DNA from: Flectonema sp. DT1601
Taxonomy: Eukaryota
Assembly: GCA_964019425.1 (NCBI GenBank)
Contig: OZ025794.1
Location: 1,364,001-1,428,000 of the forward strand
Length of the DNA: 64,000 bases
Direction of reading: 5' to 3'
This document shows positions 10,610-22,639 of this stretch, piece after piece (positions within the stretch are counted from its first letter, which is position 1; each line of letters starts with the position of its first letter). The translations under genes and the position numbers were made by a program. The notes beneath the pieces were generated by a model, which worked only from the letters and a program-made list of their open reading frames with translations, ran no database searches and was not told the origin of the DNA.

Positions 10610-11052
10610 TTGTTATAAAATAGTTACTTTTTCTTATTCAATCATCCTACGAGAAGAAGTTATATTAGTTTTCGATAACTAGCTAAATGACTTTTCTTTT
10701 TCTTTTTCTCCCTCGAATTTCACTTACACCCTTTTGTGTCTTTTTTTTCAGCCTCAAAGCATTTTTTTTTAAACTCTCTGAGACTCGGACATTTCGTCAA
10801 ACGCAAGAATTCGGTTTTCTTTTTTTTGTTTGTTTGTTCTTCCTGTTGCCTGCCATGGGTCACTCATGCTTTCTAGCATTAGAGAGGTCTGGTCGGTGAC
10901 ATGTGATATTTTGATTGAAAATTGGTGATAAAGAAAAGTTAACATCGTTTATTATTCAGAGATAAAGGGAAATAAACGATAAGATTGTGTAGTACGTTGT
11001 GTGCGTACTTAAAGTCACGTTCTGTTACTTCAGTCACCCCCTTAAACACAAG

Positions 11053-11769
11053 ATGGTGGTCCCTCATTTGCCAAAACGAGAACCGAAAGACTTTTATAAA
11101 ATATTAGGTGTGAGTGTGAAGGCGACAACTGAAGAGATCAGGTCAGCCTACCGGAAAAGAGCGAGAGAATGTCACCCAGACAAGAACAAAGAAGATGGTG
11201 CGGAGCTGAGATTTAAAGAATTAGTATCTGCACACGAGATATTAAGCAATAAGGAAAAAAGAAAAGAACACGATCTACTGAGAGGTGTCTGGGAACGAAG
11301 AGAGCGAAGACTCGATCCATCAAAGGATTCATTCAGAACAAGTTTCAATGTCAAAGACCACAACACTGAAGTAACTCAAGCAGCTTATGATGAACTGCAC
11401 CACGCCAGACAATGTCGTGCAGACTTACTTAAGAAGCGCAGGGAAGGCCGTAGCACTTCCACTGCCAGTCTCACACCAGAACAACGGGAATTCTGGAAAA
11501 CAAGAACAGCGGAGCTTGCCAGGAAAAAAAAAGTTGACGAGTCTCGCAAAAAGGTAACCGAAACCACGGAGAAAACAGTCAAAGCTGAGCGCAAGAAACA
11601 AGTTCAAAAGGCTTCCGAGGCTCGTAAAAAAGCTGCGTCTCGGGCAGCTAGAGTGCAGTCTGTCTCTCCACTAAGACCTCCTACGAAACCAATATTCCCG
11701 ACTAATGGGTCAGGGTGGAGATCGTTTTCAAACTTAAGTCTTCCACCCACATACGTCAAGTGTTTGTAG
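11053..11769 (+). CDS. J-domain (DnaJ/Hsp40 type III) protein
   Basis: DFYKILGV...EIRSAYRK.A..CHPDKN...FKEL..AHEILSN..KR. ATG at 11053 follows a ttacttcag acceptor. Confidence 0.88.
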   Translation: MVVPHLPKREPKDFYKILGVSVKATTEEIRSAYRKRARECHPDKNKEDGAELRFKELVSAHEILSNKEKRKEHDLLRGVWERRERRLDPSKDSFRTSFNVKDHNTEVTQAAYDELHHARQCRADLLKKRREGRSTSTASLTPEQREFWKTRTAELARKKKVDESRKKVTETTEKTVKAERKKQVQKASEARKKAASRAARVQSVSPLRPPTKPIFPTNGSGWRSFSNLSLPPTYVKCL

Positions 11770-13143
11770 TATTGAATTTGGTAGTTTTGCAAATGATTTT
11801 TGTTACTTTCAGTTTCGTTATCAAAGCAGCAGGTTCTATCGAGACTGAAGAAGTCACAACACAAACAGTGCCGTGATTGTTGTTTACACGTCGATGTGTT
11901 GTCTCCGAAAGTTGTTATTTTGATGTCATGTTTTCTGATATCGGATCGGACGTCCAACTGGAAATTAGACCGTTGGGACAATAAAATTATGCGGAGACAC
12001 ATTTTTTGGCTGCTTTAGTGGCAGGTTAACAGTTGGCTGGAGGGATACCATGTTGTTGTTTAATTGCTTGCATTTGGTATTTCTATTTTTTTTTATCTTC
12101 CCTTCTCTTTGTTTAGAATTATTATTATTTCCCCTATTTTCTCAACCTCTTCAACAAATACTTTCCTCTATTAGACTGAGAAAGCTTAATCTTCTGTCAC
12201 TACTTCAGTTTAACTTTATTACTTATTTTTAGTATCATAACGTATATTACTGTTTCTGCATTATCACCCCCCTTTCCTGTTTTCGAACTAGCATTATAAG
12301 CTAACTCATGTTTTTTAAAAAAAGGGGATTATTTATTAATTGACAAAAAGTAATTAAAAAAGGTGAAAAAAAACCTACACTCTGACGGATCACATTATAC
12401 CTCTGGGACTCACTACTATTTTTAGTAATTTAATAGCACGATTCTGTACTGCACTGAATGACAACACGAAAACAAGATATGTGCGTTATTATCTGCGAGT
12501 GTTTACCAATTCTAACATTACATTTAGTCAACGTGTATCATAATTAACTTTTATTTTAGTTAACTCTGGCACTTCAACGTTTCGAACACCCCCTCCCTCC
12601 TCCCTTATATTATATTAAACTGAGATAATTAGTTTTTTAATAAATAAAGCAGATTGTTATTGCTCTCAAAAAAAGATAAATAAAAAGAAGAAAAGTAAAT
12701 TTCCCCCTTTTTTTTTTTTCCCCATTCCTATTTCAGAAGAAAACTGTTGGTAGTGAAGACTCTCTTTTGGCGAAAAAAAATATTGAGCTTACGTTTTCTT
12801 AGTAAGCTTGAAATCCCTTCATTGAATCTTGTAGACTTGTGATGATATTCTTTAATCTCAATGCAACAAGTAAATCGAGAGAACTACTTCTTCAAATTAA
12901 GTTGTTAACCATAACCTTGTTAATTAAAAACCCCTTTGGTGCGAACGGGAACTGGTCCTCCCTTTACTCCTCTAATCTCTTCATCAAATGGGGGGTACTG
13001 TACATGTATCTGACCATTGTAATTTTTTCTATCCTTTAAAAAAAAAAAAAAAGATATTGGTTAAAAAGTAAAATTTCAATTTTCGATCACTCTTGTGAGG
13101 TAATTACTAATTTTCAGGGAAAAGCAGAAGAAAAAAAAAAAAC

Positions 13144-13971
13144 ATGTTTAGTAAAGTTCTTATTGCCAGTCTGTTGTCGACTGCGTACTCGCTCAATGCG
13201 ACTGTTGATTGCAAAGCAGCTAAAATGTATAAAGACAAAGCTGGATGTATTCCCCAACGATGTGGGAGTTTCAGCGTAGAAGGCTTCCTTAGTGTGTCTG
13301 AGCAAGAGAGTCTAAAGTCTATGGCAGAAAAGACATTTAGTCTCGGAGTGCAAGATGGAGCGGCATCTATATTTGATCCTCATCAGTGTATTTTATCACA
13401 TCGAGATCAGTTTATTGATTATAAACAAAAAATATCAAATCTTCGTCAACGAAGAGTAGGCTCCGATAGATTTATAACAAAACATGAATTAGAAACTTAC
13501 AAATCCATAGCAACCCGTTTACGTAAGACAATCGCTGATGAATTTAATCATAATGAGGAAGACCTGTATCTGGCTTCACCAACATTCTTTTCAAGACTGA
13601 CAGCAAAAGAACCCAGAAACGAACACGATGAATATTGGCATGAGCACATCGACACCCAGCAGTACGGTTCTTTTGCATTTACTACACTTCTCTACTTGTC
13701 AACTCAAGAAACTGATTTCACTGGTGGATCGCTTGTTATAAATGGAAATCCAATTCATCCAATCGCAGGATCAATGGTTGGGTTCACAAGTGGTCAAGAG
13801 AATCCACATCATGTTGATAAACTCTCTTCAGGTATTAGATTCGCTATCACTACAGCATTCACATGTCAGGGTCCTCCTGTTGGTATTCCACTTCAGTCAT
13901 TCTTAGACACTACTCCAACCTTTGATGAAGAAACCGACAAACCCATCGGAGAAGATGAAGAAGAAGGATAA
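13144..13971 (+). CDS. OGFOD3: 2-oxoglutarate/Fe(II) oxygenase, OGFOD3-like, with an N-terminal signal peptide
   Basis: PTFFSRL, HDEYWHEHID (HxD), YGSFAFTTLLYLS, FTSGQENPHHV and RFAITTAFTC; hydrophobic N-terminus. Confidence 0.85.
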   Translation: MFSKVLIASLLSTAYSLNATVDCKAAKMYKDKAGCIPQRCGSFSVEGFLSVSEQESLKSMAEKTFSLGVQDGAASIFDPHQCILSHRDQFIDYKQKISNLRQRRVGSDRFITKHELETYKSIATRLRKTIADEFNHNEEDLYLASPTFFSRLTAKEPRNEHDEYWHEHIDTQQYGSFAFTTLLYLSTQETDFTGGSLVINGNPIHPIAGSMVGFTSGQENPHHVDKLSSGIRFAITTAFTCQGPPVGIPLQSFLDTTPTFDEETDKPIGEDEEEG

Positions 13972-14226
13972 TAAACACTAACGGTACGATCACCACATTG
14001 ATTGAGGTGGGATGTTGAATGTATTTAGTTCTTACCGATAATCGATCGATATTAAAAAACAACAAGACGCAAAGTGATCCATCTTTTTTTGAAATTTTTT
14101 TTTCCTCACCCAGCGAGTCATAAAAATGCAAAAACCCAATAGTGTGATTTTCATCACAACAAGAACGTGGGATTGTTATTAATTTCTAAAAGCATACTTT
14201 TCAACTCAGTAATCTAAATCATAAAA

Positions 14227-15331
14227 ATGGGAGTAGAGTATGAGAAGTTCACGATGGAACAGGTTGCTGCTGACTCAGATCTAATGGTTTGGGGAGGATG
14301 GGTGATCAACGTAAAGAAATTTAAAGATGATCATCCTGGAGGTTCGCAATACATCACAAACTGGGCAGGAAGAGACATTACGGAAATATTTTCAGCCGAA
14401 AGCCCCCACAGGCACAGCAGCTACGCAGAAAAGGTTCTCGACTCTCTCAAGGTCGGTACCGTCATCGGTCAAGAATTATCAAAGAAGGAAGCTATTAAGT
14501 ACAGCGGATTAGTTGATGTTGATGAGCCGTTTCTATTTCAAGTTTCTGATCTTGGAGCAGCCTACCACGGATGGATGGCGTCCCAACCTGTTGTTACGAA
14601 ATTAACAATCTTTCCTTACCCAATAATTGAAGCTTTGTCTAGATACCCTTGGTGGTGGATTTGGGTTATTATTCCTCCTATTGTATTCTATGGGTTATAC
14701 AACGCTTTTTGTAATGGTGTCAGTACTTTGGAAATGACGGCTTTCTTCTCTGCAGGTGTAGCTACTTGGGTATGCATGGAGTACCTTCTGCATAGACTTG
14801 TATTTCATATCGTTGCCGACAGTGCTGGATGGAATTTATTCCATTTCTTTGCTCATGGTCTTCATCACTTAACTCCTCATGATCCAACGAGATTAACATT
14901 TCCACCTCCATTCACTCTTGCGTTGGCTGTAATCTTTTGGAATTTGTTTAAGGTGGCTTGCTTTGGTCATTTTGGATTTGCGGCTTTGTTTTCTGGATTT
15001 GTTACTGGGTACATTGCGTATGATACGACTCACTTTTTATACCACCACACTGACTGTAGTCGTTATGGTTCATTTGTGTTCCCAAGATTCTTCAGCAGTT
15101 ACTTGAAATTCATGAAATCCCATCACAACACTCATCACTTCTTAAACGATGATTGTAATTTTGGTGTCAGCAACCCGGTTCTTGATTTCGTATTTGGTAC
15201 CTACATGTCAAAGGGTGAGGTATGTAAAGTTTTATATTTTTTTAATCATTTAAGTTGTTACTATTCTCATGATAACATAAATCCAACAGGCTGAACGCCA
15301 GCGGGAACTGAAGGCTAGTAAAGTCCAATAA
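14227..15331 (+). CDS. FA2H: Sphingolipid fatty acid 2-hydroxylase (cytochrome b5 fusion); exons 14227-15219, 15290-15331
   Basis: Cytochrome b5 HPGG...HS. His boxes EYLLHRLVFH, HGLHH, YDTTHFLYHH and HHNTHHF; NFGVSN..D.VFGT. Intron 15220-15289 splices in frame to TAA at 15329-15331. Confidence 0.92.
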
Positions 15332-17967
15332 GTAACATAACTATTAGAGGCGTTGGTAGGTGAACAGGTTATCAGCTTGAGGCGAGTGCGATACTGTGGG
15401 GTGCGTCGCGGATAACGAACACACTCACGGTAGACACGCATGTCGTGCTACGCACTTCACCTCATGGAGTGCTCAGAACATTTATTTTCAATTTAAAACT
15501 GTCAATTGTGATCAACTGTTGTCAGTGGATGAAAACTATTGCAAAATACTCAAGAGCAGCTTACAATAATCTCGTTAGGCTGCTGAAATGAGCATCTCAC
15601 GAGAAGTGGTTTCTGCAATCGTGAAACTCGACCTTCAGGAACGAAAACATTTCAAATTTGTACCTTGTTTTCAAAAAAAAGAAAAGAAAAAAAAAAAAGA
15701 TATCCCTCCAATTTCCCCCTTTTTTTTTTTGTTGTTCCTCATCTTTCCTTCATCTGTCTTCTTCATTTCGAGCATTCGCTGGAAGGGAGTCTTGTCAGAA
15801 GTAGCAAAACAAATAACTGATTCGACGTTGTTGATGTTTCTCTCACTTGGTTTGTTCAACGCAAAAATGATAAACTGAATTTCAAGAATGAATGATTCCG
15901 ATGGATGTCTCTCGTGCGAATGAAAAAGTTTTACTTGTGTCTCACAAGTATAGTGTAGAATTTGCATGAGATTTTATCCTTTTCCCTTTTTTTGTTTTTA
16001 CGCAGTCTGATTGGGGAAAAAAAAAGCTAACGCGAAAAAAAACCATTGGAACAGACAAAAAAAAAACTAAGAACATTAATAGCAAAGTAAATTTTCTTTT
16101 TTTTGGCTATCAGCCCAATTTTCCCCCTGATTTTATGCATGCATACAGAGCAGTGAAACACACGTCGTCGCCTTGCCTTTTTTTTGTTGCAGGTTTGTTC
16201 TTCACTTTGTGTGTGTGGTTCTTGTTGTAATTTGTTCTGTCTGCTGTCTTTGACATTGCAGGCATCGCATCTGATGAGATTTGGTGGTGGATTTGAATTG
16301 AGAAGAACTTCCGCTTGTTAGCAAAGTTGTTTCTTGATTTCAAAAGGAAAGGGGGGAAATTAAATGAGAGCGCCGTGTATCAATTACCCTCTCTTCAGGT
16401 TCTGTCCTTAGTGTTGGTCACCTTTCTTTGTTTCGTATCCATCGTTCTTGCTGCAAAATGCGAGCTGCATATGCGGGGCTCACTTCCAACACAGAATGTC
16501 TTTTTTTTTTTTTTTTTTTCCGTCTAAAAAGTATTCCTCAGCTCATTCTTCTTTTTAAATTTTCTCCCCCCAATTCACCTTTTTAAGTGTTTTTGCTGTT
16601 TGCACATCCCTTGTTGCTGAGCCTTGTGCACACGTGGGAAACGTGTGACTTTTGGTAGTTATTAACATCTGAAATTACTTGACAGGGTGATGAGTCTGAG
16701 AGCCCACAAGGGTACAGTTCTGGATCCTGCAAGGAGGCAAGCTGCCTCAAATCTACTGGTTGTTTTATCGTAGGTCAACATCTCTCTTCTTGTACCTGAA
16801 CAAACCTTGCTAAGAGAGATGGACTGAAATTCTTTTTCTTTCTCTTTTTGTTGGAAGCGCCGGACACTTTGAGTTCCTCCAACGCTATTTAAAGCACACG
16901 ACCTATTCACAATCTCTAATTATTATGAACCAAATTATCTTTGAAAATTTTGGTGTTACTCATGCTATTCGGGAGTGATTCGTGTTCCCAAACACGTTTG
17001 TGTGAACATAAGTTTTGTACAATCAAAATGCTACAAAAGAATCCACACGAGTTGCTTCATTGCACTGGACACGTGTCATTCTTCTAGGCTTTTTAACCTT
17101 CTTTTCTTTTTTTTGAATAAATTTATATGAAGTAATAGTTAGAATGTATGAATGTTGGAATCTGAAAATCGTGTTTCTAGCTCACAGTCTGACCGGATTT
17201 CGGTTTTTGTGTATAAACAAAAGCAAATTAGTGTTCCCTACTAACTAACATACTGGCTTCCCACGACTTGAGTAGGAGGGGCCTGACACGGCAGTGTCCC
17301 CCTTACTTTCTTCGCTGAAGAGGGAAATGGCCACGATTTATTGATTGATTGAATATTTGTAGTACTGATTAACTTCCCACGACTGATAACGAAGTTATTT
17401 GCACGGCTAATTATTTTTTTTCCTAATTTTAACCCATAACCAACGATTTGGAAGATCTGTTTTACCTTGTGATCGATTTTTTCGCAAGCTAGCCTACCGT
17501 AAGTTTTTGACGTTTTCAGCACAATAAAGCAAAAGAAAAAAAAATAACAAAAAAAAAAAAATAAACTAGTATGCAAAGAAAATTAAAAATGGAAAAAAAA
17601 TTAAAAAAAAACATGAAGTGAAAACAAAAAAAACATAACTACGCACGAGTGATGATAAGAGGAAAGAAAAAAAAAATATAGCCCAGGGCGTAAATAGACT
17701 GTTTGGTGAAAGAAATAAAAGTATCCCCTTCCCACCACCACAACCACGAATAAGAAAAAACTGAAGCAAACAGCAGACGAAAAAAACATTGAGGGAAGCG
17801 GATTCTGTGTGTCTTAGTAGTACTTATCAGAGGAAGAAAAAAAACGTAAATTTAGATTGAACAAATGCAGTTAAATCTTTGAACGGAGGGTGAGGGAGGA
17901 AACGTCGGCATATCCCGGCGATATAATTTCACTTTTTTTTCTTCTTTTTTTTTCTTTTAAATTCCCC

Positions 17968-18325
17968 CCCCTCCACTATTTGTCTTCCCGTCACTACTAT
18001 GAATGTCTTCTGTTCCGCAAGCTGTTAGTTGGGTAGTACTTCGGGATACTTCTTCTGCACAGAATAAATTGCAATACCGTATACTGAATACAGAACATAT
18101 ATTTTTACCTCTTCGCAGAGTTAGCAACGACAAAGGTGTGAAGTAACAAAAGTTAAAAAGTGAAGTTGGCCGATTTTCCCCCACTTTTTTTCTTCCCGTC
18201 ACCACTTTGAATCTTTTCTGCTTCGCAGGCACTGTTAGTTCGGTAGTATTAGGGATACTTCTTGCACAGATTAAATTGCAATACTATTTGCTGAATACCA
18301 ATTCTTTTTCCTCTTCGCAGAATTT
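17968..18325 (+). repeat. Diverged tandem duplication (~210-bp period) upstream of the insulinase gene
   Basis: Shared blocks tcttcccgtcac, ctgttagtt, gggatacttctt, taaattgcaatac, ctgaatac and cctcttcgcag, in copies at about 17968-18120 and 18178-18322. Confidence 0.85.
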
Positions 18326-18398
18326 AAAAGAAGTGATAGCTGTCGTGAGCCATTAAAAGAAACGTGAACGCTAAAGCGCCCAGCAGCAACATCACAAT

Positions 18399-21300
18399 AT
18401 GCCAGATGACGACTCTGATTGGATTCGATGCATCACTCCGAGTGAGTTAGCAGGAGGGGTTCGAACTTCACAACAAACAGCATATTTCACATTACCGAAT
18501 GGAGTCAGATGTTTATATCTTGAAGACAACAGTGAAGAGATGGCAACAGTTGCTGTGACAATTGGAGTTGGATACTTTGATAATCCTGGTAATATACAAG
18601 GACTAGCAGCATTGGTTGAAAAGATGATTGTTTTAGGGAGTACCAGATACCCAACTGCTGGAGACCTTGAGGAAACGTGTGTCGCTCAAGGAGGTGAATT
18701 CGAACTAAAAACTGAAGGAGAAACAACAACAATAACAGCAACAGCACCAATGGGAGCTCTGAGAGAAATCTTCGACAGAATCGCTGATATGATATGTGAA
18801 CCGTTGCTGCCACACTCGGCTGTTGCGAACCAAATTTCTGTGATCGATTCTCAACACGAAGACACACTTTGTAATCTTGACAACGCAATTAAACAATTAA
18901 TAAGAGACATGGCGCACTCATCACATCCCCTTCACGGGTTTGCTACTGGAAACAAACTAACGCTTGGATCGATCCCAAACATAGTTGATGCTGTGACAGA
19001 ATGGATATTTCGTTATTATGTTGCTCAGAATGTAACTGTGTGCGTATCGATACCCGATTCGAATGCTTTACAACCAGAAGAATTGGAAGCTTTACTGGTT
19101 GAGACTTTTGCAAGACTTCGTCAAGGAGTTGCATGCCAACGAGAAATCAGTCAGACACCATCCTTTCCAGAGCAACTACTAAAGACTTGGGTAAAGGTGA
19201 TTCCACCACCAGAAACCAACTCACAGACTGGAATATTAAAACTTATATTCCCAATCTCTATCGGGTTCATGTCGTACCGTTCTCAAGCTTTAACATACGT
19301 ATCTCACTTTCTTGGCGCCAATGCTTCTGGGTCAATGCTCTCAAAACTAATAGAAAGCGGAAAAGCAACAAGCGGGAAAGCAACATGTGATTTCCAAGGA
19401 AGTAGTTGGTCGATATTTTCTATCACTATAAACCTAACAGAACAAGGTCGGTCTTTACTTGATGATGTTGTTGTTAAAATTTTACAAGGGATTTACGTGA
19501 TAAAAGCTCACGCTCTTGACACAACGGTATGGGGGTCAGTTTCAAAATTAGTAGTCAGACACTTAGCTTTATCTGAAACAGCAGTATATGCTGGGGATGT
19601 CTCAAAGAGAATGTTGTACGCAAAACCAGAACACTTACTAATAGCGGGTAGAGTTTTTGTTGAGTACGTTGCAGCTGATATAACTTCTGTTATAGAATCG
19701 TTGTCACCTGCAAACATGATTGGTATTCACATTGGTAATCATACTCAACGTGATTGTCCTTTACAATCAGCGTGGGGATACTCTCTTCGTTATAATGCTC
19801 TTCGAATGCCTGATTCATTAATTATGATGTGGTGTGATAAAATATTCCCTCTCGACTCAAATATGAAACTACCACTAGTTCCAAGAATCGAATGGATTCC
19901 AACCCCAAGTGAACTACATAAATCAACAACATGTACTTATGAAGGAAGAACAACTATTGGAACATATCCATCACCTCCAACAACAGTGTATTCCGAATCA
20001 GTTTTAAATAGCAGGGAAGGTCTTCTTAGTATTTCTTTACTGTTTCCAATATGTATGGTGTCACCTCTTCATGCTGCAGCATTACTGTTGTTCTCTGTTA
20101 TTCTCGACCATAAGATGACAGAATTCATAAAAGAAGCAGACTTTCACAGACTGACTGTTTCCATTGAAGTTCCTAAAACATCGCAGTGCAGGTTGCAAAT
20201 TACTTTGCATGGCTCAGGATCAACGATGTCATCATTTGTGAAAGACACATTAAATGAAATATTAATCATCCTAAAAGAATGGTGTTACAGTACTCAGTTA
20301 GTCTCTCCTGAAGTCTTTTTAAAATGCAGGACGGAATCAGCAACACAAGTCATGATGCAATCAAATCGTAATCCAGTGATTCAGGCTCGTCGTTTTGCTG
20401 CTTCTTTATTAGAGCCTGAGGCAATGCATAGTATTAGTGCTTTAGTTCAAGGACTGAGTGAGCTATCGTTGGAAGATTTAATTTTCTTATATCCAACAGT
20501 GTTGTTAACACCCGCAGCAGTTACTGCAACGTTGTCTGGTTCGTTTAGTCGAAATCAAGAAACTGCTTTGAGTAGATTCATATTGGAAGATTTTGTTCTA
20601 AGTCTTCGTAAACACATTCCTCCTAATTGTTTACTAGCACATGGTGGATCTTCAATGGTCGGGTGTATTAGTAACTTGTCGGGTACTTCAACAAAATCTG
20701 ACAATACAGCTGTTCGACTCACTCCGACTATGTTCGATTCCTTTCTTGTTGTTGACTCTCAAAATACTGAAGAAGACGAATCACAACCACAACCATGTGG
20801 TGTTACCATTGAGCTTTGCTTCTTACCAACATCATGGCATGACATAACTCTTTGTGTTGCTACTTCCGTGTTGTCTTGCATTATTCACAATGAACTTCAA
20901 AAATGGACCCACAACATTGACCCCTCTATTGAATCAGGATGCAGCTACGAAGCATTCTCTTCCGTATGTATTTATTAAACTGTTAGTGAGATTGAGATTC
21001 CTGTCATCGGTAATAAAGGCTGTCGCATGTTTTAAGCTTTAATAATAAAAATCCAAACAGTGCACTAGTTGTGTTGTGTATGCTTCCTCTTCTACGATAG
21101 AACCCCTGGATTTGTTGTGTATGTTGCAGTGCTTCGTGAAAGGAGTTCCTCGAAACCTATCAAAAGAAATGGTGAGTTGTGGTATCACAACGGACGTTTA
21201 TCGGAGGCAAACTGAGGGACGAGGTCGAGCTTGGGAAGGACAAAGTAGAACTGATAAATCCCTAGCACCGTGGGGTATTCTACAGGACATTATTCAAGGT

Positions 21301-21672
21301 GGGAAGCTAACTGGATTTGCTAAAACATCATTCGGGGAAGTTGGGGAAGTGATAAGTCGCACTAGTGTTGCGGAGATGAGGGATCACATTTCTAGATTGA
21401 TGTTATTAGTTTCTAATCATAGTGAGAAACAATCATATTCTATTTCTTCTATTGCTCCTGGTAGATGGAGAAGTTCAACTCTAGACTGGTACGATGGACA
21501 AATAGCAGCACCTCTCTACCCTCCAAACATCACACCGGCAACCAGCTCATTACATTCAGTTGGTCTTACAGCTGTTACTGTTTCTGCATCTTCACAAGTT
21601 CCTGTTTCAGTCCCATCATTTTCGTGTTACTTGGTAGCGTCTCCTGCAGCATTTGCAAGCTCGTGTAAGTAA
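18399..21672 (+). CDS. Insulinase-like (peptidase M16A) protein, predicted catalytically inactive; exons 18399-20963, 21061-21672
   Basis: FTLPNGVRC, VGYFDNP..QGLAALVEKM..LGS.RYP (position of HxxEH), HPLHGFATGNKLTL, YYVAQNVTV and SHFLG...GS. Intron 20964-21060 joins the two ORFs in phase 0. Confidence 0.8.
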
Positions 21673-22639
21673 CGTGTAAGTAGTGATAAATTATAGACTT
21701 GTTCTGATTGCAGACATGTATTTGTATTGTAGATTTCGTTTGTTATTTGTTGTTATTGTTTTCTTCAATACATTTACACATTACAGAACAAGACATGAAC
21801 AATGAACAAAAACAAGGAACTTGGTACCGCAAACGAGGATAACTCAACCTGTACTTTTATTGATTTCGCAATGCTGTATGAAAACGAGTGATGCAAAGTA
21901 ACTAAAATATTGATTCCAGTGCATGTGTCGTGTTGCGTTATCTTATCTCCCCAATACAGGCTTCTCAACAAACAGAGGAAGAATTAAAAGAAACAAGCAA
22001 ATATGATTGAGGGGGCACATTCTCGCATCAGGTCCCTGTGGTCTGTGGTTGCTAAAAGTTTACTCACACACTTACCGTCGTCAGAAGTGCAAACATTTGG
22101 CTCCTCGCAGTGTCCGCGGAATTTGCAAACATCTAAGCAACATGTGCTCCCCAACATGTGCTAGCCTCAAGCATATGAAAGATAGTAACGATTTGAGTAT
22201 TCCTTTTGGAAATAATAATGAAGAACTGATTAATAGCCTTTGGAAGTTGGTTTTCACTTCATGATAGCTGTTGTGTACGTTCATATTATTTCAATTGTAA
22301 GAATCTATCTTGTTAGGTTCCCCTGGCTCTCTAGATTTCCTTTCTCAACACACAAAATGATAGGTTGTCTCTGGAACGCTAAATTAACTTTTATGTATAT
22401 TTATTTTTGTGTGTAAGTAAGTGGTGGTTGGAGCCTGCTATTGAATGACAGATCCAATTGTTCCTTTTCTGATGCGTACCAGAGTAGAATCAAATTAAGC
22501 CCGTAAATTTAGCCCGTCTCTCTGTACCTACAATTTAAGCAGTTTGACGGGCATGCTCAGTTCTGTAGCACGCGCTAATCTAGGTAAGCATTTTTCTTTC
22601 CGTCACGTGACTTGGCAATAATACGTTTCCGCGACGTCT

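Noticed and set aside
10980..10996. U2 snRNA-like TAAGATTGTGTAGTA
   Set aside because: Only the branch-pairing motif resembles U2; no 5' stem, Sm site or other U2 structure.
16271..16310. Hammerhead ribozyme core CTGATGA
   Set aside because: No properly placed GAAA and stems; other CTGANGA hits examined lie in coding sequence or also lack the core.
21841..21862. ctgtacttttattg resembling the 3' end of a spliced leader
   Set aside because: Short AT-rich match without the rest of the exon or a following GT donor.
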